A stretch of 51,173 nucleotides of DNA from Chiloscyllium plagiosum (lineage: Eukaryota), in assembly GCF_004010195.1 (NCBI RefSeq), contig NC_057748.1, positions 27,852,156 to 27,903,328 on the forward strand, given 5' to 3'. Below are positions 1-10,989 of the stretch, in pieces (position 1 is the stretch's first letter; each line of letters starts with the position of its first letter). Made by a program: the position numbers and the translations under genes. Under the pieces are notes generated by a model. That model was not told the DNA's origin, ran no database searches, and saw only the letters and a list, made by a program, of their open reading frames with translations.

Positions 1-1857
1 CACTCACACACACAGATACACAGATAGACACACACTCTCGTATACACACAGATACAGACACACACACAAACACACACACACGGATTACTAAAAGCCGAGG
101 GTGAAATTCCTCTCACAAGTTCTCTCTTTGGAGACAATGTCCCCACCCCTCAACCCCACCCGGACTGCCACTGAACATGAAGGTGACTCTGCCCCAGTTA
201 TTTATAAACAGGACGAGTCTACGACCACAGGGCACAATGTCAGAATGAAGGGTCGTCCATTGAAGACAGAGATGGAGTAGGGACTCCGAGGGGAGTGAAT
301 CTGTAGAATTCTTTAGCACATGGGGCTGTGGAAGTTCGGCCGTTCTGTATATTCAGGAAGAGTTACAGAGAGAAAAATGCAGGGGTCACGGCCCCTGAAT
401 AATCCTCAAGCAATACCCACGCCTCCCCCTCCTCTTCAATCTTTGCTACAACTAATCTCTGGACACATTAAACGTAATCCAAACAGGGCAGTGCTGTTGG
501 TCGGGGAATATCACAGTCATGTTGGAATCTGCTACACAGGGGATATCTGGACAGTACAGAGTCTCTGGACAGCATAGAATCCACTGAAAGCTAACGTCAC
601 CGAAAGAGGCCACTAGGCCCACAGTCCATGTGCCCACTGCCGAATGGCCTGTATACTGCTGCTGCAAATTCTCTAAACATGAGGAGCCTGTGTAACAAAG
701 AGACAGAACTGCGCGGTGAATTTTCCATTCAGCTGCGGGTAACACGCCTCGGTTAAAATACAACCAGAAACACGAGACACTGATTGCAACTACCTTTCCC
801 GTAACCTCCACCTCTAGACTGATCCAGTGAGAGCTGCTCACCAAATGTCGGGTCATAGTCAGTCTCGTTTAATACCTTAGATTCAGTCGGCGGGGGAGGG
901 TATCCGAGGGGATGAGATTTAGACAGGACGGAGGGTGATGGCAGAAGACAGTCTAAATAATAAGATAAGAAAAGTAACAGAAAGTGCTGGGGAAACAACC
1001 AATTGAAGTCACATCGGACTCGAACTATTAACTTTCTCTCTCTCGCTCTATCTCTCTCTGTCTGTCTCTCTTTCTCTCTCTCCTCTCTTTCTCCTCTCTC
1101 CTCTCCCTATCTCTCCTCTCTCTCTCCCCTCTCTCTCTCAAATCCCCATCCTCAAAAAGGGTTGGTATGCCAGATATAGGCTCTGATTCATGGTAGAATC
1201 TAAGTTCTCTGTTTTTTTTTTGTTTTAAACCTGTTTGTAAATTGTTGAAATTGTTCAATCGTTGTAATTGAATAAGGTTGGCTTTCAAGTAGGGATAAAG
1301 GAGATTAGTTACAAACTGACTGGAGGGTAGTCATGGCTTGTAAGAAGAACAGGAATCAATACGTCATTTCATAATCACTGAACGATCCTTAAATGTAAAG
1401 AAATCACGTTACATTTCCAAAATGCAGATCAGACTCAAAACTGTCCCAGATCTCGAACTCTCGGCAACAAAACACAAACATTCAATCACCAACAAACGCA
1501 TGTGCATTCAAACCAAATCACAAAGCTCTCTCTCTCTCTCTCCTCTCCTCTCTCTCTCTCTCTCCTCCTCTCTCTCTCGGCCTCCACACGTACCGCCAGA
1601 CCTTACTGAGTTTCTCCAGCACTCTCTGCCTTTACTTCTTTAGCCCCAGCTCTCTGTTTTGATTTGACAGGTTATACAGTGGATCGGAATACTGACAAGG
1701 TCCTCTCTTCCAATTCGTGTCTCTGGGTGTTTTTGCAGGGAGTCGCAGATTTATCACTAAAACTCATTTCCCTCCACACACACACACACACAGTTCTTCA
1801 TTTTACCAGCCCTGTGCTTGGAAGATTATACAAGGAATCAAATTCGGCACAGAACAA

Positions 1858-1893
1858 ATTCCTGAAGAAGGGCTAATGCCCGAAACGTCGATT
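1858..1893 (+). ncRNA. Minimal hammerhead ribozyme motif (Penelope-type)
   Basis: AUUC-CUGAAGA-A-GGGC-UAAU-GCCC-GAAAC-GUC-GAUU. Confidence 0.62.
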
Positions 1894-1990
1894 CTCCTGT
1901 TCCCTAGATGCTGCCTGACCTGCTGCGCTTTTCCAGCAACACATTTCCATCTCTGATCTCCAGCATCTGCAGACCTCACTTTCTCCTCCA
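1858..1990 (+). mobile_element. Penelope-type terminal repeat fragment
   Basis: Same sequence as the end of the 16262-16690 element; related copies at about 23950-24063 (-), 48613-48700 (-) and 19045-19230. Confidence 0.6.
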
Positions 1991-2849
1991 CAGAGCAAAT
2001 TACAGTCAGCATTATTACACACTGTTCCTGGCGTACACTGTCCAAACCCAGTACCCCTGGAAGGACAAGGGCAGTGGATACGTAGGAACACCACACCATG
2101 CAAGTTCCCCTCCGAACCCCACACCATTCTGACTTGGAGATATATCGGCCGTTCCTTCACTGTAGCTTGGTCGATTTGAAACCAGGAGCCGGAGTCGGCC
2201 ATTGGGCGCTTCAACCCTGCTCCGCTATTCAATATTATTATGGTTGGTCATCCAACCCAATTCCCCCTCTCCCCCGCTTTCTTTCCCTACTGCCTTTTGA
2301 CCCTTTTAGACCTAAGAGCTCGGTCTAACTCCTTCTTCAAAACATTCCATGTTCCCCGACCGCTTTCTCTCCCGACCGCTTCACTCTCTGGGTGAAGACA
2401 TTTCGCTTCACCTCAGTCTTAACCCCGTCTCCTTTAGACTGTGACTCCCTGGTTCTGGACTCGCCCACCCCACCACCCCAGCGCCCTCCCATCTCCTGAT
2501 CTTCGGGAACATCCTCCCTGCCTTTACTGTGTTAGAATTTTACAGATTTCAATGATATCCGCGCCCCCCTCCCCCCCAATTCTTCTCCCCAATCCAGCGA
2601 ATATGAACATCACCGATCCAGTCATGAGAGGGGTGGGGGCGAGGGGAGAGAGAGAACTGGAAATCTGAAACCAGACACAGAAACCTTTGCACAAGGTCGG
2701 CAGGTCTGGCCGCATCTGTGCAGATCCAGATGAAGGGTGACTGGAACCGAAACACTAACTCTGCTTTCTCTCTCCAGAGACACCGACAGACCCGCTGAGC
2801 TTCCGCAGCCATTTCTGTTTTCGTTCCAGGCTCTGGAACTTATCTCTGT

Positions 2850-3985
2850 CTAATAGCACTTTGCGTGTTCCGAACATCCCTACGATACTGAAATTCTCTC
2901 CCTAACAGCATTTTGCGTGTCCTCAGATCCTTTTAACACTGATACTCTCTCTCTAACAGCACTTTGTGTTCCTGACATCTCTATAATTCTGAAACTCGCT
3001 CACTAACATATCTTTGCGTGTTCTTAACATCGCTATAATGCTGAAACTAACAGTAATTTGAGTGTTCCTAACATCCTTATAATACTGAAACTCTCTCCTT
3101 AACAGCACTTTATGTGCTCCTAACATCGCTATAATACTAAAACTCACCCCTTAACAGCATTCCCTGTCTTCCTAACATCCCTATAATAATAAAACTCTCT
3201 CCCTAACAGCACTTTATGTGCTCCTAACATCGCTATCATACTGAAACTCTCCCCTTAACAGCATTCCGTGTGTTCCTTTAATAATAAAACTCTCTCCCTA
3301 ACAACACTTTGAGTGTTTCTAACATCCCTATAATACTGAAACTCTTTCCCTAACAACACTTTGTGTTTCTAACATCCCTATAATACTGAAACTCTTTCCC
3401 TAACAACACTTTGAGTGTTTCTAACATCCCTATAATACTGAACCTTTTTCCCTAACAGATTTCGTGTGTTCCTAACATTTCTATCATACTGAAACTCGCT
3501 CCCTAACAGCACTTTGTGTGTTCCTAACATCCCTATAACGCAGAAACTCTCTCCCTAACAGTGTTTTGGATGTTCCTAACATCCTATGTTATTCTAACTG
3601 TCTCTCTCCGAACAGCACTTGGCGTGTTCCTAACATCCCTATAATTCTGAAACTCTCTCGCTCACAGCACTTGAGTGTGTTCCTAACATCTCTATAATTC
3701 TGAAACTCTCTCCCTAACAGCACTTCGTGTCTTCCTAACATCTCTAGAATTCTGAAACTCTCTCCCTCACAGCACTTGAGTGTGTTCCTAACATCTCTAT
3801 AATTCTGAAACTCTCTCCCTAACAGCATTTCGCGTCTTCCTAACATCTCTATAATTCTGAAACTCTCTCCCTAACACCACTCTGTGTGTTCCTAACATCC
3901 ATATACCACTGACACACTCTCCCTAACAGCGCTTTGCGTGTTCCTGACATCCCTATTATGCTGAAACTCTCTCCCTAGCAGCTCC
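2850..3985. repeat. About 52-bp minisatellite (CTAACAGCACTTTGTGTGTTCCTAACATCCCTATAATACTGAAACTCTCTCC)
   Basis: About 20 diverged tandem units. Confidence 0.9.
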
Positions 3986-4352
3986 TTACAGAACCTACAA
4001 GAATTGCATCGGTTCAGCAAGACAATTAGGGAGTGGTAATAATGCCCTTTTGCAGGACATTGACTTGTTGTTTACCCGCGTTCTGCCCGTGCCACCGGCG
4101 CCCAGTGAAGGACCACGCTTTTATTTATAGCCATTGGCCCTGCATGACCGCAATGACGCACACACCGCCCTCGGGCCGAGTGGCGCAGCTCACCCACAGA
4201 CCTTGTCATACTTTCCAACTCAACGGGTCGCAGAAGGGGCGAGGCTGGCCGCTCCTGAGGTCAACGCAGCCGGCTGACTCTTTCCCAGCCACACACACAC
4301 ACGCAAAGCAGCGAAGTTGGGGGGGGAGAATTCTCCACATCCCAACACAAAA

Positions 4353-4407
4353 ATGACCAAGGGAGTCTTCTTCCCGATTCTCCTGGTCCAACTCTTGACT
4401 CTTTATG
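4353..4407 (+). CDS. VJ-C1 IgSF receptor gene, exon 1 (signal peptide MTKGVFFPILLVQLLTLY)
   Basis: ATG at 4353 (AAAATGA), 18 mostly hydrophobic codons, phase-1 donor G|GTGAGT at 4408; splices in frame to the V exon. Confidence 0.85.
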
Positions 4408-4714
4408 GTGAGTGGGAGGGAATTTGAAAAACTCGCCCAGAAAGTGGGAGCCCGACTCATCTCCACCTCCCCCCACTCCCTCTTCCCTCCCCCCCCAACA
4501 CCACGCATCCAAAGGTGGAAAGGATTTCGATTATGTCCAGTGAGGATATTTATCTGGACATAATCGAAAGGGTTCATGTGGACAACAAAAATGGGAAGCG
4601 TTACTGGAGTCACGGTGGACAATAAAGAGGCGATTCTCTCAAATGGACAGCGATCGAAGGGGGTTGGCTTCCACCTCTCAATAATCTCTTTTAATGTCAC
4701 TTTTATCTCTTCAG

Positions 4715-5047
4715 TTGCAGATTCCCAGCTCGCCGGGCCTCAGGGGCCCTTCGCCAAGACGGCAAAAGTGGGAGAGACGGTCAAATTGGAGTGCCAGCTC
4801 AGCTTTCCTGTGGTGCTGGTTACTAGCTATTTCTGGTACAAACAGACTGTGGGTGAAGCCCCGGTAGCAATAGACACCACCAACTGCAAGGAGTCCGATT
4901 GTAAATTTATTTCAAAAAAAGGTGACAGCGAGCGTGTGCTGCAATTGGAAATCCGTGGTGTCCAGGTCAGTGACTCTGGGACCTACTACTGTGCTGATAG
5001 GGATGGCTATGCTCCTCTCCAGCCGGGACCCAAACTGCTTGTTGGAG
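4715..5047 (+). CDS. VJ-C1 IgSF receptor gene, exon 2 (V-set Ig domain with germline-joined J-like G strand)
   Basis: V-set hallmarks VGETVKLEC, WYKQ, L-x-I-x-x-V-Q-x-x-DSGTYYC, then LQPGPKLLVG. Polypyrimidine tract with CAG acceptor (4714, or in-frame 4720); phase-1 donor G|GTAAGA at 5048. Confidence 0.93.
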
Positions 5048-5137
5048 GTAAGAGACACACCAAAACCAATCCTAACCGTCCACCCCATTTTGATTTTCCG
5101 TTCATTTTTCGTTAACCCTGTCCCAATCTCTGTCCAG

Positions 5138-5461
5138 ACAGTTCCACTAACAAGACGTCCGTCCTCGTCTTCCTCCCGCCGTCTGTGTCTGCCCAGATGG
5201 ACCCCGTCCCCTTGGTGTGTCTCGTCAGCGGGGTCTCTTCCAACGAGATTGTCGTTTTCTGGAATATTTCCGGCGAGGTGACCCAGGGGGCGAGCGATGT
5301 CGGGAAGAGGGAGCCGGACGGCACCTGGAACATCACGAGTCAGGTCACGGTGACGAGGGAACAGTGGACAAGCGGCGCTCTGTGTTCCTGTGTTGTTCAA
5401 CTGGGAGAGAAAGTCCTGACAAAGAGTGTGTCTTTCACTGAACCGGCGGCAGCAAAGGCAG
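5138..5461 (+). CDS. VJ-C1 IgSF receptor gene, exon 3 (C1-set Ig domain)
   Basis: SVLVFLPPS, LVCLVSG, IVVFW, DGTWNITSQVTV, W-x-SG-x-x-CSCVV: pattern of Ig/TCR C1 domains. Acceptor TGTCCAG|, phase-1 donor G|GTGAGT at 5462; 324 nt. Confidence 0.92.
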
Positions 5462-5569
5462 GTGAGTTATTGAGATGCCCAGTGAGCGTTTATAGACATC
5501 CCGGTTTCTAAAATGTCAGTCGCTAGTGAAATACCTCCATCAGTTAAAGGTTTAGAGATGGCTTTATGA

Positions 5570-6560
5570 ATTAGTGTGCGCGTGAAAAAGAAAATGTTCA
5601 TATAGATGTGCCTCTGAATTTAAAGAAAACGTGTGTACATATTTGCATGTAAATGTGTTTGTGTGCATATTAGATATGTATGGTTGTCGATATCTGAGTT
5701 CACACTATCCATATACACCTGAATGTGTACCCGTGAGTGCATGTCTGTGTTTGTAAGTCTGAGTCTATGTATGTTCGAGTGCAAATGGATTTGCATGTTC
5801 ATGTGCATATTAGGTATGAGCATGTATTGATATCTGAGTATTTACCAAGACCTAAGCATATAGATCTGTGCATATGCATCTATTTATGTGTAGAATGTGT
5901 ATGTAGTAACAAATAGAAAGCGCGGGAGAAACAGGTCTGACAGCATGCGTCGACAGAGTAATACAGTTTAAGATTCGAATTTGGTGTCACCCTTCTTCAG
6001 AACAGCGTGTGTATATATGTTTGTGTTTATATGCCTGATTATGTAGATACGTTTGTGTGTAAATATGTATGTACATGTAACTATATATGAGTATATGTGT
6101 AAGTCCATGTTTTATGTCTGTATAGATGCATATATTAGTTTATATGTGTGTATAAGCTTATGTATTTCAGTGCATATATGCTTGTGTGCATATATGCACG
6201 TGCATGCAAAGCTATAAATGCTTGTTTATGCGTCTCTGTGGGTATATGTGAGTATATGTATTTCTACATGCATGCATATGTGTAAAAACGTACAGATATC
6301 TACATTATAAGAGTGTGTATTAGTGAGTTAGGGAGTGAGTGTGAGTTAGTGATTGCGTGAGTGTGTTTGTGAGTGCGTGAGAGTTCGTTGAGTGTGAGTT
6401 AGTGAGTGTATGAGAATTATTGAATGCGTGGGATAGTGAGTGAGTGAGTTGGAGTACATTTGAGTTAGTGTGGTTTAGCAAGTGTATGAGAATTAGACTG
6501 TGAGAATTCGTGAGTGAGTGTGTGTTAGTGTGAATGAGTTTGTGGGAATGGGAGTGAGCG
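5570..6560. repeat. Low-complexity TATG/GTGA-rich tract
   Basis: Degenerate (TG/TA)n followed by (GAGT)n. Confidence 0.7.
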
Positions 6561-6826
6561 AGACGGTCAAATACTGAGACCAATCCATTTAAGTATTAAG
6601 GTAATTTAATATTGTTCATTGTTGCTGATGGGGACTTGTTCTTCTGAACAGTTCCTCGGGTCATCAACCATGTCTGCATAACATCTTTGAATCAGAGACC
6701 AATGCAACATAGAAAGAAGCCATTCAGCCATCACATTTAGCGTCAGCTCTTTGAAGACCCGACCCCACAGCCCTGCAACTTGTGGCCCTTAATTCACAGT
6801 TTGATTTCCCTTGGGATACCTTGAAT

Positions 6827-8055
6827 TGGAATCAAAGTAGGAGTATACTTAAGAGGGAAATCAGGAAGGCAAAACGGGGACGTGAGATAGCTTTGGCAAA
6901 TAGGGTTAAGGAGAATCCAAAGGGCTTTTACAAATATATTAAGGACAAAAGGGTAACTAGGGAGAGAATATGGCCCCTCAAAGATCAGCAAGGCGGCCTT
7001 TGTGTGGAACCACAGAAAATGGGGTAGATACTAAATGAATATTTTGCATCAATATTTACTGTGGAAAAGGATATGGAGGATATAGACTGTAGGGAAATAA
7101 ATGGTGACATCTTACAAAATGTCCAGATTACAGAGGAGGAAGTGCTGGATGTCTTGAAACGGTTAAAGGTGGATAAATCCCCAGGACCTGATCAGGTGTA
7201 CCCGAGAACTCTGTGGGAAGCTAGAGAAGTGATTGCTGGGCCTCTTGCTGAGATATTTGTATCATCGATAGTCACAGGTGAGGTGNNNNNNNNNNNNNNN
7301 NNNNNNNNNNNNNNNNNNNNNNNNNNNNNNNNNNNNNNNNNNNNNNNNNNNNNNNNNNNNNNNNNNNNNNNNNNNNNNNNNNNNNNNNNNNNNNNNNNNN
7401 NNNNNNNNNNNNNNNNNNNNNNNNNNNNNNNNNNNNNNNNNNNNNNNNNNNNNNNNNNNNNNNNNNNNNNNNNNNNNNNNNNNNNNNNNNNNNNNNNNNN
7501 NNNNNNNNNNNNNNNNNNNNNNNNNNNNNNNNNNNNNNNNNNNNNNNNNNNNNNNNNNNNNNNNNNNNNNNNNNNNNNNNNNNNNNNNNNNNNNNNNNNN
7601 NNNNNNNNNNNNNNNNNNNNNNNNNNNNNNNNNNNNNNNNNNNNNNNNNNNNNNNNNNNNNNNNNNNNNNNNNNNNNNNNNNNNNNNNNNNNNNNNNNNN
7701 NNNNNNNNNNNNNNNNNNNNNNNNNNNNNNNNNNNNNNNNNNNNNNNNNNNNNNNNNNNNNNNNNNNNNNNNNNNNNNNNNNNNNNNNNNNNNNNNNNNN
7801 NNNNNNNNNNNNNNNNNNNNNNNNNNNNNNNNNNGAGTCGCAGGTAGATAGGATAGTGAAGAAGGCGTTTGGTATGCTTTCCTTTATTGGTCAGAGCATT
7901 GAGTACAGGAGTTGGGAGGTCATGTTGCAGCTGTACAGGACATTGGTTAGGCCACTGTTGGAATATTGCGTGTAATTCTGGTCTCCTTCCTATCGGAAAA
8001 ATGTTGTGAAACTTGAAAAGGTTCAGAGAAGATTCACAAGGATGTTGCCAGGGTT
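6827..8055 (+). mobile_element. CR1/HER1-like LINE ORF2 fragment (gapped)
   Basis: KENPKGFYKYIK, KVDKSPGPDQVYPR, KAFGMLSFI...LYRTLVRPLLEYC; in-frame stops. Confidence 0.9.
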
Positions 8056-8076
8056 TCGGTTAGTTAACATGATAAG

Positions 8077-8463
8077 ATTCCCTGCAGTGTGGAAACAAGT
8101 CCTTCGGCCCAACTAGTCCACACCAACCCTCCGATGAGTAACCCACCCAGACCCATTCCCCCTAACTGATGCACCTAACTCTACGGGCAATTTAGCATGG
8201 CCAATCCACCCTAACCCGCACATCCCTGGGCACTATGGGAAAATTTCCCATGGCCAATCCACCCTAACCTGCACATCCCTGAGCACTATGGGACAATTTC
8301 CCACGGCCAATCCACCCTAACCTGCATATCTTTGGACTGTGAGAGGAAACCCACGCAGACACGGGGAGGATGTGCAAATTCCACACAATCACCCGAGGCT
8401 GGAATCAAACCTGGGACCCTGGTGCTATGAGGCAGCAGTGCTAACCACTGAGCCACCGTGCCG
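8077..8463 (-). mobile_element. HE1-like V-SINE with an internal tandem duplication
   Basis: Reverse complement of 9068-9395; GGCCAATCCACCCTAACC unit occurs three times. Confidence 0.85.
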
Positions 8464-9067
8464 TAAATCCCAGAACTTCTATTATGTCACATTCTCGAGC
8501 TATTTTAAGGGCTTAAAGGAAGGAGGAATATGGGCCGGGTGCTGGCAGGTAGGACTAGATTGAGTTGGGATAGCTGATCGGCGTGGACAGGTTGGGCCAA
8601 AGGGTTTGTTTCCATGCTGTACATCTCTATGACTCTAAGATCTGGGATTTATATATTTAATGAACTGAAACCTGCAACCCATTCTAAAAGATGAAAGACT
8701 TAACAGAAATCTAGATTTGTTCAATATATCATTTCAGTTGCATGACATTGCGATCCTTTGTGATAAATTCTGTGTCTTATGATCCTGCTCCACAGCTACC
8801 CAATGAGGGAGCAGCGCTCTGAAAGCTAATGCTTCCAAATAAAACTGTTGGACTATAACGTGGTGTTCTGTCATTTTTAACTTTGTCCACCCCAGTCCAA
8901 CACTAGCAGCTCCACATCATGTTCCGCATCTGACAAGCTCCTCACCCCCTGGAGTCTCTCCAACGCCAACACATCCTTCTTTAGATAGGGAGCACAAAAC
9001 TTGGTAATCTTCCTAATGTGGTCTGAGCCCTTAGCAGGACATCTCTGCTCTTGTACTCTAGCCCAGT

Positions 9068-9395
9068 GGGCGGCACGGTGGCACAGTGGTTAGCACTGCT
9101 GCCTCACAGCGCCAGAGACCCGGGTTCAATTCCCGACTCAGGCGACTGACTGTGTGGAGTTTGCACATTCTCCCCGTGTCTGCGTGGGTTTCCTCCGGGT
9201 GCTCCGGTTTCCTCCCACAGTCCAAAGATGTGCAGGTCAGGTGAATTGGCCATGCTAAATTGCCTGTAGTGTTAGGTAAAGGGGTAAATGTACGGGAATG
9301 GGTGGGTTACGCTTCGGCGGGTCGGTGTGGACTTGTTGGGCCGAAGGGCCTGTTTCCACACTGTAAGTAATCTAATCTAATCTAATCTAATCTAA
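9068..9395 (+). mobile_element. HE1-like V-SINE, full length
   Basis: tRNA-derived head with A box (TGGCACAGTGG) and B box (GGTTCAATTCC), central V-domain (GGAGTTTGCACATTCTCCCCGTGTCTGCGTGGGTTTCCTCCGGGTGCTCCGG), CR1-like 3' end, (TCTAA)n tail. Confidence 0.92.
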
Positions 9396-10110
9396 AAATG
9401 GACGCTAACGTTGCATTTGTCTTCCTAACTGCCATCTGAAACCTGCTTGTTAACCTTCAGGGAATCTTGAAGCCAACCTCTCAAGATTTCACTTCTGATC
9501 AAAGTGCTATACCTCAGACTTTTCCCACATTGCCCGCTCCCCCTATCCAAGTCCACCCCGCTCCCTCAAAGTTCCCTGTCCCTCCATCTACCGAGATGTA
9601 TAAGATCCTGTGGTTGACCGATATTTGAAGAGCTCTAGGGTGCCACTCTGTGGGGAAGGAGCAAGAGTCGGGGGAGGGCGTGAGCGGGAGGGGGGGGGAG
9701 GGGGAGGTGGGGAGTGGAAGCTGGGTTTTCACAAAAACAGACCGGGGATGCGGGAGGCTGGAATAAGGGAACTTTGATTCAGGCAGAGAGAGAGAGTGAG
9801 AAAGATTGGAAGAAACTGGGATAGTTCTCAATAGCCCAGAGGATTAAAGGAGGGAATGTGTGGGGAAGGGGGAACCGATTCGGAGAGGAGAGGTTTCCCT
9901 GCCAAGGAGCTAGTAAGGGCACTGCGGGAAGAATGGCCTCATTCTGCGCTTCATCTGTCCAGCATCAGCGCTGAGCTGGTCTCACTCAGGCTGTTTTATT
10001 GTACAATTTAGGCAGCTTCCCCAACCCTTCCTCCTCTCCATTACAGACCATTCCCAATTTGGAAGGGGTCAAGATTTCCTCATGTAATCCGGGATTACAA
10101 TGAATTGACT

Positions 10111-10468
10111 GTTGCGGCTGTACAGGACATTGGTTAGGCCACTGTTGGAATATTGGGTGCAGTTCTGGTCTCCTTCCTGTCGGGAAGATGTTGTGAAACT
10201 TGAAAGGGTTCAGAAAAGATTTACAAGGATGTCGCCAGGGTCGGAGGGTTTGAGCTACAGGGAGAGGCCGAACAGCCTGGGGCTGTTTTCCCTGGAGCGT
10301 CGGAGGCTGAGGGGTGACCTTATAGAGTATATGAATAGGAAGGGTTTGGACGGATATGGGCCAAGTGCTGGCAGGTGGGACTAGATTGGGTTGGGATATC
10401 TGGTCGGCATGGACGGGTTGGACCGAAGGGTCTGTTTCCGTGCTGTACGTCTCTGTGACTCTATGACT
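10111..10468 (+). mobile_element. CR1/HER1-like LINE 3' fragment
   Basis: LYRTLVRPLLEYWVQFWSP...LERRRLRGDLIE, conserved 3'UTR ending in a CTATGACT tail. Confidence 0.9.
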
Positions 10469-10490
10469 AATGCGTTCTCTTTGCCACCAG

Positions 10491-10592
10491 ACTGGTGCGA
10501 CCAAGCGTTCCCTTATGTTACCGCAGCCTCGGCAGTGGTGGCACTCCTGATGGTCCTTTTGATCATTTGGATTTGCAGAAGAGGCAGATCAG
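10491..10592 (+). CDS. VJ-C1 IgSF receptor gene, exon 4 (connecting peptide + transmembrane helix)
   Basis: DWCDQAFPYVTAASAVVALLMVLLIIWICRRGRSG: hydrophobic helix followed by a basic stop-transfer; acceptor CCACCAG|, phase-1 donor G|GTGAGA; frame-compatible with exon 3. Confidence 0.88.
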
Positions 10593-10696
10593 GTGAGAAT
10601 CAAAGCTTATCGAGGAGCTAGCCACATTCGCCTGTCCCTCCCCGTCTGTGCTCTCCGTTGCTAATTCCCAGTTTTCTCTCCCTCTTGTTCCCGCAG

Positions 10697-10724
10697 GGAA
10701 AGGCGGGCGAACCCGCGGGGAAAA
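10697..10724 (+). CDS. VJ-C1 IgSF receptor gene, exon 5 (28-nt cytoplasmic mini-exon GKGGRTRGE)
   Basis: Long pyrimidine tract ending CCGCAG|, donor |GTGAGT at 10725; phase 1 to phase 2. Confidence 0.75.
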
Positions 10725-10902
10725 GTGAGTACCTGGACTATTTGTAAGGTTCACCTTCTGAAAGCGCCCAACCCCGATTGCAAATTCCTCCACTCCCTTC
10801 CCAGATTGACTCTGAGATCGTTCGGCTATTTCTGGCAGCCGAGTGCTGATGGACATGAATAAACTTTGCTTTTTTTCCTTCTTCTTTTGCCCTCCCTCGC
10901 AG

Positions 10903-10955
10903 TTTTCGCTTGACAGAGATGTCGCAAAACGGGGGAAAGGGCCAGCGACCATCTG
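10903..10955 (+). CDS. VJ-C1 IgSF receptor gene, exon 6 (cytoplasmic, NFRLTEMSQNGGKGQRPSG)
   Basis: Very strong pyrimidine tract ending CTCGCAG| at 10902, donor G|GTGAGT at 10956; phase 2 to phase 1 keeps the frame open. Confidence 0.72.
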
Positions 10956-10989
10956 GTGAGTGAGCCTGAAATGTTGGAGCAATAGAAGC

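Noticed and set aside
452-856. 134-aa minus-strand ORF
   Set aside because: No recognisable domain; the plus strand has NMRSLCNKETELR, reminiscent of a decayed LINE endonuclease start, but too short to call.
1650-1790. Acceptor-like sites (TTGACAG, TTTTTGCAG) suggesting exons of an upstream gene
   Set aside because: No convincing donor or recognisable peptide; insufficient support.
2850-3985. CRISPR-like periodicity here and at 17265-18385
   Set aside because: Eukaryotic minisatellites without unique spacers and with no cas genes.
4715-5461. Calling the gene a bona fide IgL, TCR or IgNAR gene
   Set aside because: No RSS or separate J, no FGxG motif, uncharged TM with a long Tyr-bearing tail, and a single C1 domain.
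9068-9145. tRNA gene
   Set aside because: A and B boxes belong to the tRNA-derived head of a V-SINE present in about ten copies in the window.
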